Shown here piece after piece: positions 26,522 through 35,342 of a stretch of DNA of 64,000 bases. The stretch lies in NCBI GenBank assembly GCA_949296775.1, contig CASFQA010000002.1, positions 34,305 to 98,304 of the forward strand. Reading direction: 5' to 3'. A model generated the notes under the pieces. The model did not search any database, was not told the DNA's origin, and worked only from the letters and a program-made list of their open reading frames with translations. Numbering within the stretch: the stretch's first letter is position 1; every line of letters starts with the position of its first letter. The position numbers were made by a program, and so were the translations under genes. The DNA is from an uncultured bacterium (lineage in GTDB: Bacteria; Bacillota_I; Bacilli_A; RFN20; CAG-826).

Positions 26522-27289
26522 TTATTTGTCCTTCCTCTCGATTTGCTTCGGTTCGGAGGAATCTATTTCTATAATATCCCCTTTCTTCAGTTTTTTGTTC
26601 TCTTTCTTGTCTTTATGGGGCTTTTCCTCTTCCTCGAAGTCAAAGACCTCGACGTCCTCGATCGGAACCGCGTAATTGGCTTTTTTGGCTTTTCGGAGCG
26701 AGATGCCGGTTATGATGGCCTGCGCCAAGCCGGCGATGGCCATCACCGCCCCGATGACGATCAACGTGACCTTGTTCCGCATCCCGATATCGGATCCATA
26801 GTAAAGGATCAGGATGGTCAGCCCGATGGCGAGCAAAATCGCCCCGAAGACGATTTCGATAATCGGCATGAAGAAAGTCGGGCTGTTTTTCCGGGCGATC
26901 ATGATGATCGAAAACAAAACAAAGAGGAAGCCGATGACCAAAAGCAACACCCCTAGGAAGTTGACGATGATATCGATGAAGGCCTTATGCATGATGGCCA
27001 CCACGATGCCGGCGGTGATCTCAAATCCCCCGATCAGCATAATCGAGGAATCGGGGTTCTTTTTCTGCTTGGTCATGACCATGACGATGCGTAAGACCCC
27101 ATCCATGGCGATGAAGACCCCGACCACGATCGCCAAGACCGTTTGAATCGGGCTTTGATCGCCGCCTCCTTCGGTGAAGAGGATAGCCGCGGCTATCGAA
27201 AGGGCCCCGGCCGCCATCAGCAAGATTGCCTCAATCAAGTTCCATGCCCCCCAAAGATGGGAGATCTTCTTTTGCTTTTCGTTGTCCAT
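26522..27289 (-). CDS. DUF308/HdeD-like membrane protein with basic/acidic C-terminal tail (paralog 2)
   Basis: HLWGAWNLIEAILLMAAGALSIAA is similar to paralog 1. Start ATG at 27289 is preferred over 27367, which would overlap the divergent pepS start. C-terminal KEKDK-rich tail. Confidence 0.4.
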   Translation of the reverse strand: MDNEKQKKISHLWGAWNLIEAILLMAAGALSIAAAILFTEGGGDQSPIQTVLAIVVGVFIAMDGVLRIVMVMTKQKKNPDSSIMLIGGFEITAGIVVAIMHKAFIDIIVNFLGVLLLVIGFLFVLFSIIMIARKNSPTFFMPIIEIVFGAILLAIGLTILILYYGSDIGMRNKVTLIVIGAVMAIAGLAQAIITGISLRKAKKANYAVPIEDVEVFDFEEEEKPHKDKKENKKLKKGDIIEIDSSEPKQIERKDK

Positions 27290-27365
27290 TTTTATTTTCC
27301 GTTTGTGGTTTCCCAAAATTCGCTTAAAGTATATCGCGTCAAGAAAGGACTGGAAAAGAAAAGCC

Positions 27366-28592
27366 ATGAAAAAAGCCGTTCTAAAATCCTATGCCAAATT
27401 GATCGTGCGGTCGGGACTCGCCGTTAGGCCCGGGCAACCCGTCATCATCAAAGCCAACGTCGACCAAGAGGCTTTCGCCGCCATGGTGGCCAAAGAATGC
27501 TACAACGCCGGAGCCAGCCGCGTCGTCATGAGCTGGCAGTCGGAAAAACTTAATAGAATCGATTTAAAGAAAGGGCATTTGCGCCCGTTTATGAAGAATC
27601 TGCCCCAGGAGCTCGCTTATCAGCAATGGTTCACCGAGGCCTTGCCCTGCTACCTTTGGCTCAATTCCGATGATCCCGATGCCTTAAAAGGAACCAACCC
27701 CAAAAAGGCGGGAAAAATCCGGGCCGCCAAAAACGAGGAAGTGAAAAGCCTGATCAAAGCCCGGGAAAACCGTTATCAATGGTGCATCGCCGCCATCCCG
27801 AGCGAAAAATGGGCCAAGAAAGTCTTCCCCCACCTCAACAAAGCCGAAGGAATCAAGAAATTATGGGAAGCGATATTGGTTGCCTCCCGGGCTTATGAAG
27901 GCGATCCCATCGCCAATTGGGAAGACCACGACCATACCCTTAAGCAGAAATGCGCCAAGCTCAACTCTTTGCAGTTGAAATCGCTCCACTACACCTCCTC
28001 AAACGGCACCGACCTGACCGTCGGCCTCAATCCCGACGTCATTTGGCTTGGCGGAGGCGAAACAACCGTATCGGGCGCTTATTTCCAACCGAATATCCCG
28101 AGTGAGGAATGCTTTACTTCCCCGATCAAAGGCCAGGCGGAAGGCATCGTCTACGCCAGCAAGCCTTTAGCCTATCAAGGCCATTTGGTCAAAGACTTCT
28201 GGATCCGCTTCCACGAAGGGAAGGCGGTCGAGGTCGGGGCGGGGCAAGGCAAAGACGTTTTGGAGTCGATCATCGCCCTCGACGAAGGGGCCGGCTACCT
28301 CGGCGAATGCGCCCTAGTCCCCTTCAATTCCCCGATCAACAACACCGGCATTCTCTTCTATAACACCCTCTTCGACGAAAACGCCGCCTGCCATTTGGCC
28401 ATCGGTCGGGGCTTCACTAACCTCTATCCCAATCATAATAAATACACCGAGGAGCAGTTAGAGTCCTTCGGCATCAATTCCTCGATGAGCCACGTCGACT
28501 TCATGATCGGCAACGCCGACCTTAAAATCGTCGGCACCACCGTCGAAGGGAAAGAGGTCACCATCTTCGAAGATGGGAATTGGGCGATTTAA
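27366..28592 (+). CDS. Aminopeptidase, M29 (PepS/AmpS/aminopeptidase T) family
   Basis: N-terminal KLIVRSGLAVRPGQPVIIKANVD...AKECYNAGA and C-terminal ECALVPFNSPINNTGILFYNTLFDENAACHLAIG are characteristic of the M29 (thermophilic metalloprotease) family. Start ATG at 27366. Confidence 0.7.
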   Translation: MKKAVLKSYAKLIVRSGLAVRPGQPVIIKANVDQEAFAAMVAKECYNAGASRVVMSWQSEKLNRIDLKKGHLRPFMKNLPQELAYQQWFTEALPCYLWLNSDDPDALKGTNPKKAGKIRAAKNEEVKSLIKARENRYQWCIAAIPSEKWAKKVFPHLNKAEGIKKLWEAILVASRAYEGDPIANWEDHDHTLKQKCAKLNSLQLKSLHYTSSNGTDLTVGLNPDVIWLGGGETTVSGAYFQPNIPSEECFTSPIKGQAEGIVYASKPLAYQGHLVKDFWIRFHEGKAVEVGAGQGKDVLESIIALDEGAGYLGECALVPFNSPINNTGILFYNTLFDENAACHLAIGRGFTNLYPNHNKYTEEQLESFGINSSMSHVDFMIGNADLKIVGTTVEGKEVTIFEDGNWAI

Positions 28593-28612
28593 TCGCTATC
28601 TATAAATCCTAA

Positions 28613-28636
28613 CGGCCCGGACGGGGCCGTTTTTGT
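28613..28636 (+). terminator. Rho-independent terminator after pepS
   Basis: GGCCCGG-a-CGGGGCC followed by GTTTTTGTTT. Confidence 0.45.
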
Positions 28637-28884
28637 TTATGAGCTCGGCTACATTCGCCGAATAAGGCAATGAAAATAGGGTGAAAACTCTTGGCTAATC
28701 TTATTCAAAATCGTTGAAAGCGATTACATCGATTCAAAAAACATTCGATAAATGCTATATTTTGCTAAAATGAAGTTTGAAAGCCTTTTCAGAAAACGCT
28801 TACATTTTTAGCAATTTGTTGATTGCCTCTTATAGTTTCGGTGCTTGGGAAAACCAAGCGCGAATCAATAGGAGGACACGACAT

Positions 28885-29037
28885 ATGAACAACGAGTATG
28901 TTGCTTACACCTACGGTCAAAGCGAAGACGAAAAAAATCTCGCCAAAGTCGATGAGTGCAAGATGTACGTCAATGCCGTCGCCGCCCTTTATACCAGCTA
29001 CTCCATTGGGCGGTATGGCTTCTACGCCACCTTATAA
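28885..29037 (+). CDS. Small protein (50 aa), hypothetical
   Basis: Strong RBS AGGAGG 7 nt upstream of the ATG. Lies in a 290-bp AT-rich gap. Immediately followed by a strong bidirectional terminator. Sequence MNNEYVAYTYGQSEDEKNLAKVDECKMYVNAVAALYTSYSIGRYGFYATL. Confidence 0.35.
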   Translation: MNNEYVAYTYGQSEDEKNLAKVDECKMYVNAVAALYTSYSIGRYGFYATL

Positions 29038-29057
29038 TCGATACTGACCGTCATCCT

Positions 29058-29081
29058 GAGGCCCAACCGGGCCTCTTTTTT
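29058..29081. terminator. Bidirectional rho-independent terminator (small ORF + / yolD-like -)
   Basis: GAGGCCC-aacc-GGGCCTC followed by TTTTTT. The stop of the minus-strand yolD-like gene abuts it. Confidence 0.6.
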
Positions 29082-29388
29082 ATCGCTCAAGGTTGATCAG
29101 GTTGACGAATTGGATTTTCTTCCCGTCGATAAGCAAGTAATGCCACACCGGATCTATCCGGTCGATATGGCCAATCAAATCGAATAAATAACCGTCTTCG
29201 AAATAACGGGCCTTGACCTCCTCCCCGCCATAGGTGGTCAGGATCTCGTTGATGTCGCTTGCTCTTTCCGAGGAAATATGCGGCCGCGCGATTTTGTTCT
29301 TCTCATACCGCATCCGACGGAGAAAAGACCCCTGCTCCACCAACGACTGATAAGGCATCCATTTCATCATCCCCCGATCGGCGTTCAT
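29080..29388 (-). CDS. YolD-like protein (accessory protein of Y-family/UmuC-like polymerase operons)
   Basis: N-terminal DRGMMKW (the DRGxxKW hallmark of the YolD family). 102 aa. C-terminus IQFVNLINLER resembles the YolD family. Translationally coupled (ATGA) to the upstream Y-family polymerase. Confidence 0.65.
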   Translation of the reverse strand: MNADRGMMKWMPYQSLVEQGSFLRRMRYEKNKIARPHISSERASDINEILTTYGGEEVKARYFEDGYLFDLIGHIDRIDPVWHYLLIDGKKIQFVNLINLER

Positions 29389-30626
29389 GCGTTATGCCCT
29401 CCGATCTGCTTATGCCTAGTCAAAACCGTCGAATCCTCGGTTAAGGAAGAAGCCCGTAGGCAAGCGTCTTTCCCAAATACTTTCTTGATGGTATCCAAGG
29501 CCTGGTTCAATTGTTCTTTTTTCGTCGCCTCTTCCGGAGATACAAAGATGCTTTCCTGCCGAAATTCATAATGGCCGAGTTTGCCGAAGCTCACCCCTAA
29601 ATGGCGAATCGGCTGCCCTTGATAGAAGCGGGAGAAAAGCCCCATCGCCGCGGCGTAAAGGGCATCGTTATCATCGCTTGGGTAATCGAAGCTCGTTTGC
29701 CTGGAGAATCCGCCCTCGTTGGCGTAGCCGACGAACAAACCGACTCTCCGGGTCTTATAGCCGGCCATCCGCAATCTTAGGCAGAGGTCATCGACCATTT
29801 CCCTCAATACCAGCTTCGCCCCTTTTCCGTCATAATCCCGCATCAGCGTTTGCCCGATGCTCAAATTCCTTTCCTTAGGAACGTATTTCTCCCTTATATC
29901 GGTCCGATCGATCCCGTTGGCTAAATCGTGGAGCTGAAGGCCTAACACCCCGAATTCCTTCTTCAGCCAATAAGGATCGGCTTGGGCCAGCTCTTCTAGG
30001 CTTCGGATGCCCAGCCGGTCGAGGTGCGACCCGATGCCATCGGATATCCCCCAAATCTTGGTGATGGGCTTGACCCCCCAAAGTTTGGTCTTTACATCCT
30101 CATAGCCCCACTTTGCCCGATAAGGCGGGGTTTTCTTCCCCTCATTATCAAGGCAGATTTTGGCTAGGAACATATTCGGCCCCATTCCGACCGTCGCCAC
30201 CAAACCCAACTCTTCCTTAATCCTGTTTTGGATATCGGCGCAAAGTTCCTCGGCCGTTTGCTTATACAAGGAAAGATAGGGGGTTAGGCGAAGGAAAGAC
30301 TCATCGACCGAATAGACGTGAACGTCCTCCTCATCAAGGAAATCCAAGAATATCGAAACGACTTTTGCGGACATTTCTAAGTAATAGGCCATCCGCGGCT
30401 TAGCGAAGATCATGCCTGGGATCGCCGGCAAATCCCCGATTCGGCAAACGTTGGGGACCCCATAATTCGCCTTTAGGAATGGGGTGGTCGACATAACGAT
30501 CGAATTAGCGCTTCGCGATTTATCGGCCACGACTAAAGGGGCGGAGAAAATATCGAGGCCTCGGGCGGCGCATTCGCAGGAGGCGTAAAAACTCTTTAAA
30601 TCGATGACCGCGTAGACCTCTTCCAT
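29385..30626 (-). CDS. Y-family (translesion) DNA polymerase, UmuC/UvrX/DinB-like
   Basis: YAVIDLKSFYASCE (the conserved IDxdxFYAS motif) and VYSVDESFL catalytic motifs. Start ATG at 30626 follows RBS AGGAGGGAAC. Confidence 0.85.
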   Translation of the reverse strand: MEEVYAVIDLKSFYASCECAARGLDIFSAPLVVADKSRSANSIVMSTTPFLKANYGVPNVCRIGDLPAIPGMIFAKPRMAYYLEMSAKVVSIFLDFLDEEDVHVYSVDESFLRLTPYLSLYKQTAEELCADIQNRIKEELGLVATVGMGPNMFLAKICLDNEGKKTPPYRAKWGYEDVKTKLWGVKPITKIWGISDGIGSHLDRLGIRSLEELAQADPYWLKKEFGVLGLQLHDLANGIDRTDIREKYVPKERNLSIGQTLMRDYDGKGAKLVLREMVDDLCLRLRMAGYKTRRVGLFVGYANEGGFSRQTSFDYPSDDNDALYAAAMGLFSRFYQGQPIRHLGVSFGKLGHYEFRQESIFVSPEEATKKEQLNQALDTIKKVFGKDACLRASSLTEDSTVLTRHKQIGGHNA

Positions 30627-30763
30627 GTTCCCTCCTGTGGGCATAATCATATTCAAAAACTGGCGAAGGAGTAGTCTTGATTTTTGCTTCCGTTAGTCCT
30701 TAAAAGACCGCATCGGCGTTTTCGCTTGTTTACTCAATCGAGAAGTATATAATAGACGCGCTC

Positions 30764-30839
30764 GGGGCATTAGCTCAGTTGGGAGAGCGCATCGTTCGCA
30801 ACGATGAGGTCGTCGGTTCGATCCCGATATGCTCCACCA
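30764..30839 (+). tRNA. tRNA-Ala (anticodon CGC)
   Basis: Cloverleaf drawn by hand: acceptor stem GGGGCAT/ATGCTCC with the G3:U70 Ala identity pair, D-arm GCTC-AGTTGGGA-GAGC, anticodon stem CATCG/CGATG with loop TTCGCAA, T-arm GTCGG-TTCGATC-CCGAT, and an encoded CCA. Confidence 0.85.
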
Positions 30840-30851
30840 AAATGGACCCCT

Positions 30852-30874
30852 CCCGCCTTGTGGCGGGTTTTTTC
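30852..30874 (+). terminator. Rho-independent terminator after tRNA-Ala
   Basis: CCCGCC-ttgt-GGCGGG followed by TTTTTTC. Confidence 0.6.
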
Positions 30875-30881
30875 TTGCCTT

Positions 30882-31487
30882 TTATTGCTCGCTGGCAAGG
30901 CCAACCAGCTCCTTGAAATGGGGAAGCGATTCGCACCAGTCGCAGAATATATGCCATTCTTTCAGTTTGTGATAACGCCGTTGACGATGCATGGTCTTCA
31001 GCTGCTGATAATTGGTCGTCATCGTTGCCGAAAGGCAGAACCCGCACGGCAAAGAGGCCACCAGAACCCGCCAGGCCGCCTTCTTCTCGTCCTTGTGATC
31101 TTCGTCATCGGGAATCTCGTTATAAGACGAAACCAAAGACCGCATCCGTTCAAGGATGACCGGGTCGGTCTCCTCGACGCATTGGGTGCCGATATCGAAC
31201 TTAAGCAGGCAATGCATCGTCGATTGGGAGGAAACGAAGTCGAACCAATGGTAACGCTGGGCTTCTTTCCACCAATACAAAGGGGCGGTGACGTCCAAAT
31301 GGACCAGGATGCCTTTCAAGAAATTATCGTGTCCTTCCCCGCCGGGGCAAGAACCGAGTTTGCTGGCCCGAAGAAAATCCTTCTCGGTCGGATCGCTGCA
31401 ATCGATCTTGGTCCGCATCGGGTTGCCCGAAGCCTTGACCGCCCGTTCCAATCCATAGACATAGGTATTGTTAATCGCGAAGTTCAT
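30882..31487 (-). CDS. Hypothetical Cys/His/Trp-rich protein with C-terminal CxxC...CxxC motif
   Basis: 201 aa. SCPGGEGHD near the N-terminus and CGFC...(28 aa)...CDWC near the C-terminus. No family recognised by eye. Confidence 0.4.
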   Translation of the reverse strand: MNFAINNTYVYGLERAVKASGNPMRTKIDCSDPTEKDFLRASKLGSCPGGEGHDNFLKGILVHLDVTAPLYWWKEAQRYHWFDFVSSQSTMHCLLKFDIGTQCVEETDPVILERMRSLVSSYNEIPDDEDHKDEKKAAWRVLVASLPCGFCLSATMTTNYQQLKTMHRQRRYHKLKEWHIFCDWCESLPHFKELVGLASEQ

Positions 31488-32274
31488 TGTTAGCCGCCTC
31501 CATTAAATTATCCATCAAAGCCAAACGAGTCAAAAGGCCCACTCCCCCAGGGACCGGGGTTTGCAGGGCCACGGGCAAACCAGCGACCGCATCGCCGTGC
31601 AGCTTGCCGTCCTCCCCGCGGTTGATGCCGACGTCGACGATCGCCGCGCTGGGCTTATATTCAAAGCTATGGTCCAAATACCCGAGCCTGCCGATGGCGA
31701 CGACGATCAAATCGGCCATCTTGATGTAGGCGCGCTTATCCTCCATCGAGGTCTTGGAATGCAAAACCGTCACGTTGCAGTCCTTGGACAAAAGCAGTTT
31801 GGCCATCGGTTTGCCGACGATGTCGCTCCTCCCCAAAACCACCGCGTTCTTTCCTTTGAAGAGAAAACCTTCTCCTTCCAAATAGGAAACGATTCCTTTG
31901 GGGGTGCAGGGCGTAAAAGGGGAAAGAGGGTGAAAACCATCGACGTCTTTGGCAGGCGCGATGGCTAGTTTAACGACCTTCTCGTCTATTTGCTTCGGCA
32001 ACGGAAGCTGGACGATCAACCCATGGATATCGGGGTTAAGATTGGCCTTCTCGACTTCCTTAAGCAATTCGTCCTGTAAGACCGTGGTCGGCAGTTTATT
32101 AAGCAAGACCTTGAATCCGATTTCCTCGCCATCTTTGATTTTGCCCCGTACATAGGAATTGGAAGCCGGGTCGTCGTTGGCTTGAATGATCATTAAAGTC
32201 GGGGTCAACGGCGCTGATTTGGCCAAAACCGAAAGCTCGGATTTCCTTTTGGCGACGAAACTTTTGATGTCCAT
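31471..32274 (-). CDS. folD: Bifunctional methylenetetrahydrofolate dehydrogenase/cyclohydrolase
   Basis: LIVQLPLPKQIDE (the VQLPLP motif) and the NAD(P) Rossmann GRSDIVGKPMA. Start ATG at 32274 follows RBS GGAGGGAG. The longer ORF-caller start would overlap secG. Confidence 0.85.
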   Translation of the reverse strand: MDIKSFVAKRKSELSVLAKSAPLTPTLMIIQANDDPASNSYVRGKIKDGEEIGFKVLLNKLPTTVLQDELLKEVEKANLNPDIHGLIVQLPLPKQIDEKVVKLAIAPAKDVDGFHPLSPFTPCTPKGIVSYLEGEGFLFKGKNAVVLGRSDIVGKPMAKLLLSKDCNVTVLHSKTSMEDKRAYIKMADLIVVAIGRLGYLDHSFEYKPSAAIVDVGINRGEDGKLHGDAVAGLPVALQTPVPGGVGLLTRLALMDNLMEAANNELRD

Positions 32275-32320
32275 ATAGACTCCCTCCATAAACAAAACGC
32301 CTCGACGAGGCGTCACGGGA

Positions 32321-32593
32321 TTAAAGCGAAGAACTGATGGAGCTTGAGGTCTCAGCCGCCGCTTCCGGGGAAATGACCGAGATGATAAGGGCAAGGAAGA
32401 GGAAGACGATGGCGAAGCCGAAGGTCAGCCAAGTGATGACTTTCTCCGAGCCCCGTTCCTTGGTCTTGGCGAAGACATTGAGCCCGCCGCCGGTGATGGC
32501 GCCGGAAGCGCCTTCCGATTTACCGCCTTGGAGAAGGGACAAAACGATGATGATCAAGCTGACGATGATGAATATGATGTCATACCATGCCAT
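32321..32593 (-). CDS. secG: Preprotein translocase subunit SecG
   Basis: 90 aa with two TM helices. LSLLQGGKSEGASGAITGG matches the SecG Gly-rich loop. Confidence 0.8.
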   Translation of the reverse strand: MAWYDIIFIIVSLIIIVLSLLQGGKSEGASGAITGGGLNVFAKTKERGSEKVITWLTFGFAIVFLFLALIISVISPEAAAETSSSISSSL

Positions 32594-32630
32594 AGTTTCG
32601 TTCCTCCTTCGCGAACGTGCGACACATAGG

Positions 32631-32648
32631 ATAGACTGAATAGTCTAT
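32631..32648. promoter_or_regulatory. Perfect 7-bp inverted repeat (ATAGACT-gaat-AGTCTAT) in secG upstream region
   Basis: Seen directly in the sequence about 40 nt upstream of the secG start. A T-run follows on the + strand, but no + strand gene ends here. Confidence 0.3.
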
Positions 32649-32733
32649 TTTTTCAACGGCGGATTTTTCCCTCTCCCAGTCGGGCGTTCCCGCCACCCAA
32701 GCAATAGCCGTCAAGCGGCAAACGGGCATCTGC

Positions 32734-33360
32734 TTAAGCGGCGAATTCCACGAATTCGTCAAGCGAATAAACCGCCCCGATCTCTTTGGGGTATTCACGA
32801 TTCCGGTCGACCAGCTGGCAGGAAAGCCCCGCGGCTAAGGCCGCCGTCTGATCCTGAAGCGAATCGCCGATGTAAATGACCTTGCTTTTGTCGTTGACCC
32901 CTAGGCGTTCAAGAGCCATCAGCAAAGGCTCGGGTGAGGGCTTGCCATGTTTATACATATCGGAGCCGATGATGGTTTGGAAATACTTATCCCATCCGAA
33001 TTTTTCCAGCACCAACCGGATGTGACCAGAGCCATTTCCCGATACAACCGCTAGGGTTTTGCGCTCGTTATGTAATCTTTGCAGGATATTTTCAACCTCG
33101 GGAAACGGGCGAATCAAGCGAACGGATTCATCATAATCCAAGGCTTCGACGATCCGAGTGACGAATCTTTCGTAATCCTCCGGCTTCACCTTCATCTCCT
33201 GCATCGTCTCCAACAGGTTATGATGCATGAAATGGGCGCATTGCTCGGCGGTGACCTCCATCCCAATCAAAGAGAAACCAGCTTGATAAACCGGGACGAG
33301 CGATTCCTTGGTGTCAGCCAAGGTGCCATCGAAATCAAACAAATAAACATCGTGCTTCAT
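32734..33360 (-). CDS. HAD-IA family hydrolase (phosphoglycolate phosphatase/PpaX-like)
   Basis: N-terminal DVYLFDFDGTLADT (the DxDGT HAD motif I). Later motifs VVSGNG and GDSLQD. Confidence 0.65.
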   Translation of the reverse strand: MKHDVYLFDFDGTLADTKESLVPVYQAGFSLIGMEVTAEQCAHFMHHNLLETMQEMKVKPEDYERFVTRIVEALDYDESVRLIRPFPEVENILQRLHNERKTLAVVSGNGSGHIRLVLEKFGWDKYFQTIIGSDMYKHGKPSPEPLLMALERLGVNDKSKVIYIGDSLQDQTAALAAGLSCQLVDRNREYPKEIGAVYSLDEFVEFAA

Positions 33361-35342
33361 TTTTCCAAACTCGCTTTCGCCTCAAATAGGATATCCCGCA
33401 GCTCGGCCGCCCGCTCGAAGTCGAACACCTTCGCCGCCGCATACATCTGCTTTTCGAGGTCTTTGATCCGGATCTCCATCTCCTTCCGGCTGGTCTTGCC
33501 GTCGCTATTGATGAGTTTTTTGGTCTCGTCCTCGCTATTGGATAAAGGAGGCCGAATCTCTTTGATGATGGTCGTCGGGACAATCCCGTTTTCCAAGTTG
33601 TATTCCTCTTGGATTTTCCGCCTCCGCATCGTCTCGGCGATGGCCTCGTTCATCGAATCGGAATAGGCATCGGCGTACATAACGACCTGTCCGTTCGCGT
33701 TGCGGGCCGCCCGGCCGATGATTTGGATAAGCGACCGGGTTGAGCGGAGGAACCCTTCCTTATCGGCGTCGAGGATGGCGATCAAGGATACTTCCGGGAT
33801 ATCCAACCCTTCCCGGAGGAGGTTAATGCCGACCAAAACATCGTATTTCCCTTTCCGCAGCTGGTAGATTATTTGGCTTCGTTCCAAGGTCTTGGTCTCG
33901 TTGTGCAGATACGTGACCTTAATCCCTTTTTCCTTCAAATAAGCCGTCAAGTCCTCGGCCATCTTGATGGTCAAGGTCACGACCATGGTCCGCTCATTCC
34001 GCTCGGTCCGTTTCCTAATCTCGAAAAGCAGGTCGTCGATTTGCCCCTTGGTCGGACGAACTGAGATAACCGGGTCGAGCAACCCGGTCGGACGGATGAT
34101 CTGCTCCACCACTTCATGTCCGCAATGGCCGAGCTCGTAATCGCCCGGGGTCGCTGAGGTGCAGACTATCGAAGAACCCATCAGGTTTTCGAATTCCTCG
34201 AAATTGAGGGGGCGGTTATCCAAAGCCGATGGCAAGCGGAAACCATATTCGACCAACGTTTGCTTCCGCGACCGATCGCCATTATACATCCCGCGGATTT
34301 GGGGGATGGTGACGTGGGATTCGTCGAGCAAGAGCAAATAGTCCTTCGGCATATAGTCGATAAGGGTGAAAGGGCGTTCCCCCGGCTTTCTTCCGTCGAT
34401 ATGGCGAGAGTAATTCTCGATGCCGGGGCAGCGGCCGAATTCAAGCATGCTTTCGATATCCTGTTTAGTCCGCATCTCCAGCCTTTCGGCCTCCAATAGC
34501 TTCCCGTTATCCCGGAAGAACCTCAGTCGTTCCTCCAGTTCTTCCCCAATGGTTTTGCAAGCCGCCTCAATGCGTCTTCTAGTCGAGGCGTGGTCATAAG
34601 CCGGGAAAATCGGATAGGTCGCGTACGTCCGTTCGATTTCGCCGCTCAAGGAATTGATCTGGAAGATATTTTCCACCTCGTCGCCAAAGCAATCGACCCG
34701 AATGAAATAGTCGTGGGTCGCCGGCGCGATGTCGATGATATCGCCGTGCACCCGAAAAGTGCCGGGCTTCAATTCGAAGTTATCCCGGGTATATTGGGCA
34801 TCGATCAGCTGTTTGTATAACCCTTTTCGATCCAACGTCTCCCCGACCCTTATCTCAAAGATGAGCCCCTCGTATTCGGCCGGATCGGTCAAGCCGTAGA
34901 TCGCGGCGACCGAAGCCACGACGATCGTATCCCTTCGCGAGAGCACCGAATTCATCGCGCTGGTCCGCATCATGTCCAATTCGAGATTGGTGACGGCGTT
35001 TTTGTCGATATAGGTATCGGATTTGGGGATGTAGGCTTCCGGCTGATAAAAGTCGAAGTTGGAGATGAAATACTCAACGCGGTTCTCTGGGAACAGCTCT
35101 TTGAACTCGGCATATAGTTGGCTGGCTAAGGTTTTATTGTGGACCATGACCAAAGTCGGCCGATTCAAGGCGGCGATGATATTGGCATCGGTGAAGGTCT
35201 TGCCGGTCCCGGTCGCCCCTTGGATGACCTGGAGCCGTTTGCCCTGCTCGATTCCTTTTAGAATATTGGCGATCGCTTGGGGCTGGTCGCCGGTCGGAGC
35301 GAATTTGCTAACCAGTTTGAAAGGCTTATTTTCGCGGTCCAT
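33357..35342 (-). CDS. uvrB: Excinuclease ABC subunit B
   Basis: FKLVSKFAPTGDQPQAI, Walker A GATGTGKT, DESH box, beta-hairpin region and C-terminal UvrB/UvrC interaction helix. Start ATG at 35342 follows RBS AAGGCAAGGACG. Confidence 0.95.
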   Translation of the reverse strand: MDRENKPFKLVSKFAPTGDQPQAIANILKGIEQGKRLQVIQGATGTGKTFTDANIIAALNRPTLVMVHNKTLASQLYAEFKELFPENRVEYFISNFDFYQPEAYIPKSDTYIDKNAVTNLELDMMRTSAMNSVLSRRDTIVVASVAAIYGLTDPAEYEGLIFEIRVGETLDRKGLYKQLIDAQYTRDNFELKPGTFRVHGDIIDIAPATHDYFIRVDCFGDEVENIFQINSLSGEIERTYATYPIFPAYDHASTRRRIEAACKTIGEELEERLRFFRDNGKLLEAERLEMRTKQDIESMLEFGRCPGIENYSRHIDGRKPGERPFTLIDYMPKDYLLLLDESHVTIPQIRGMYNGDRSRKQTLVEYGFRLPSALDNRPLNFEEFENLMGSSIVCTSATPGDYELGHCGHEVVEQIIRPTGLLDPVISVRPTKGQIDDLLFEIRKRTERNERTMVVTLTIKMAEDLTAYLKEKGIKVTYLHNETKTLERSQIIYQLRKGKYDVLVGINLLREGLDIPEVSLIAILDADKEGFLRSTRSLIQIIGRAARNANGQVVMYADAYSDSMNEAIAETMRRRKIQEEYNLENGIVPTTIIKEIRPPLSNSEDETKKLINSDGKTSRKEMEIRIKDLEKQMYAAAKVFDFERAAELRDILFEAKASLEK

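Noticed and set aside
30627-30763. Cheo/LexA box (CGAACnnnnGTTCG) upstream of the Y-family polymerase
   Set aside because: No match within 137 bp. SOS regulation is therefore neither supported nor excluded.
30775-31047. ORF on the minus strand overlapping tRNA-Ala
   Set aside because: It overlaps a well-formed tRNA and its terminator, and its translation shows no coding signal. It is spurious.
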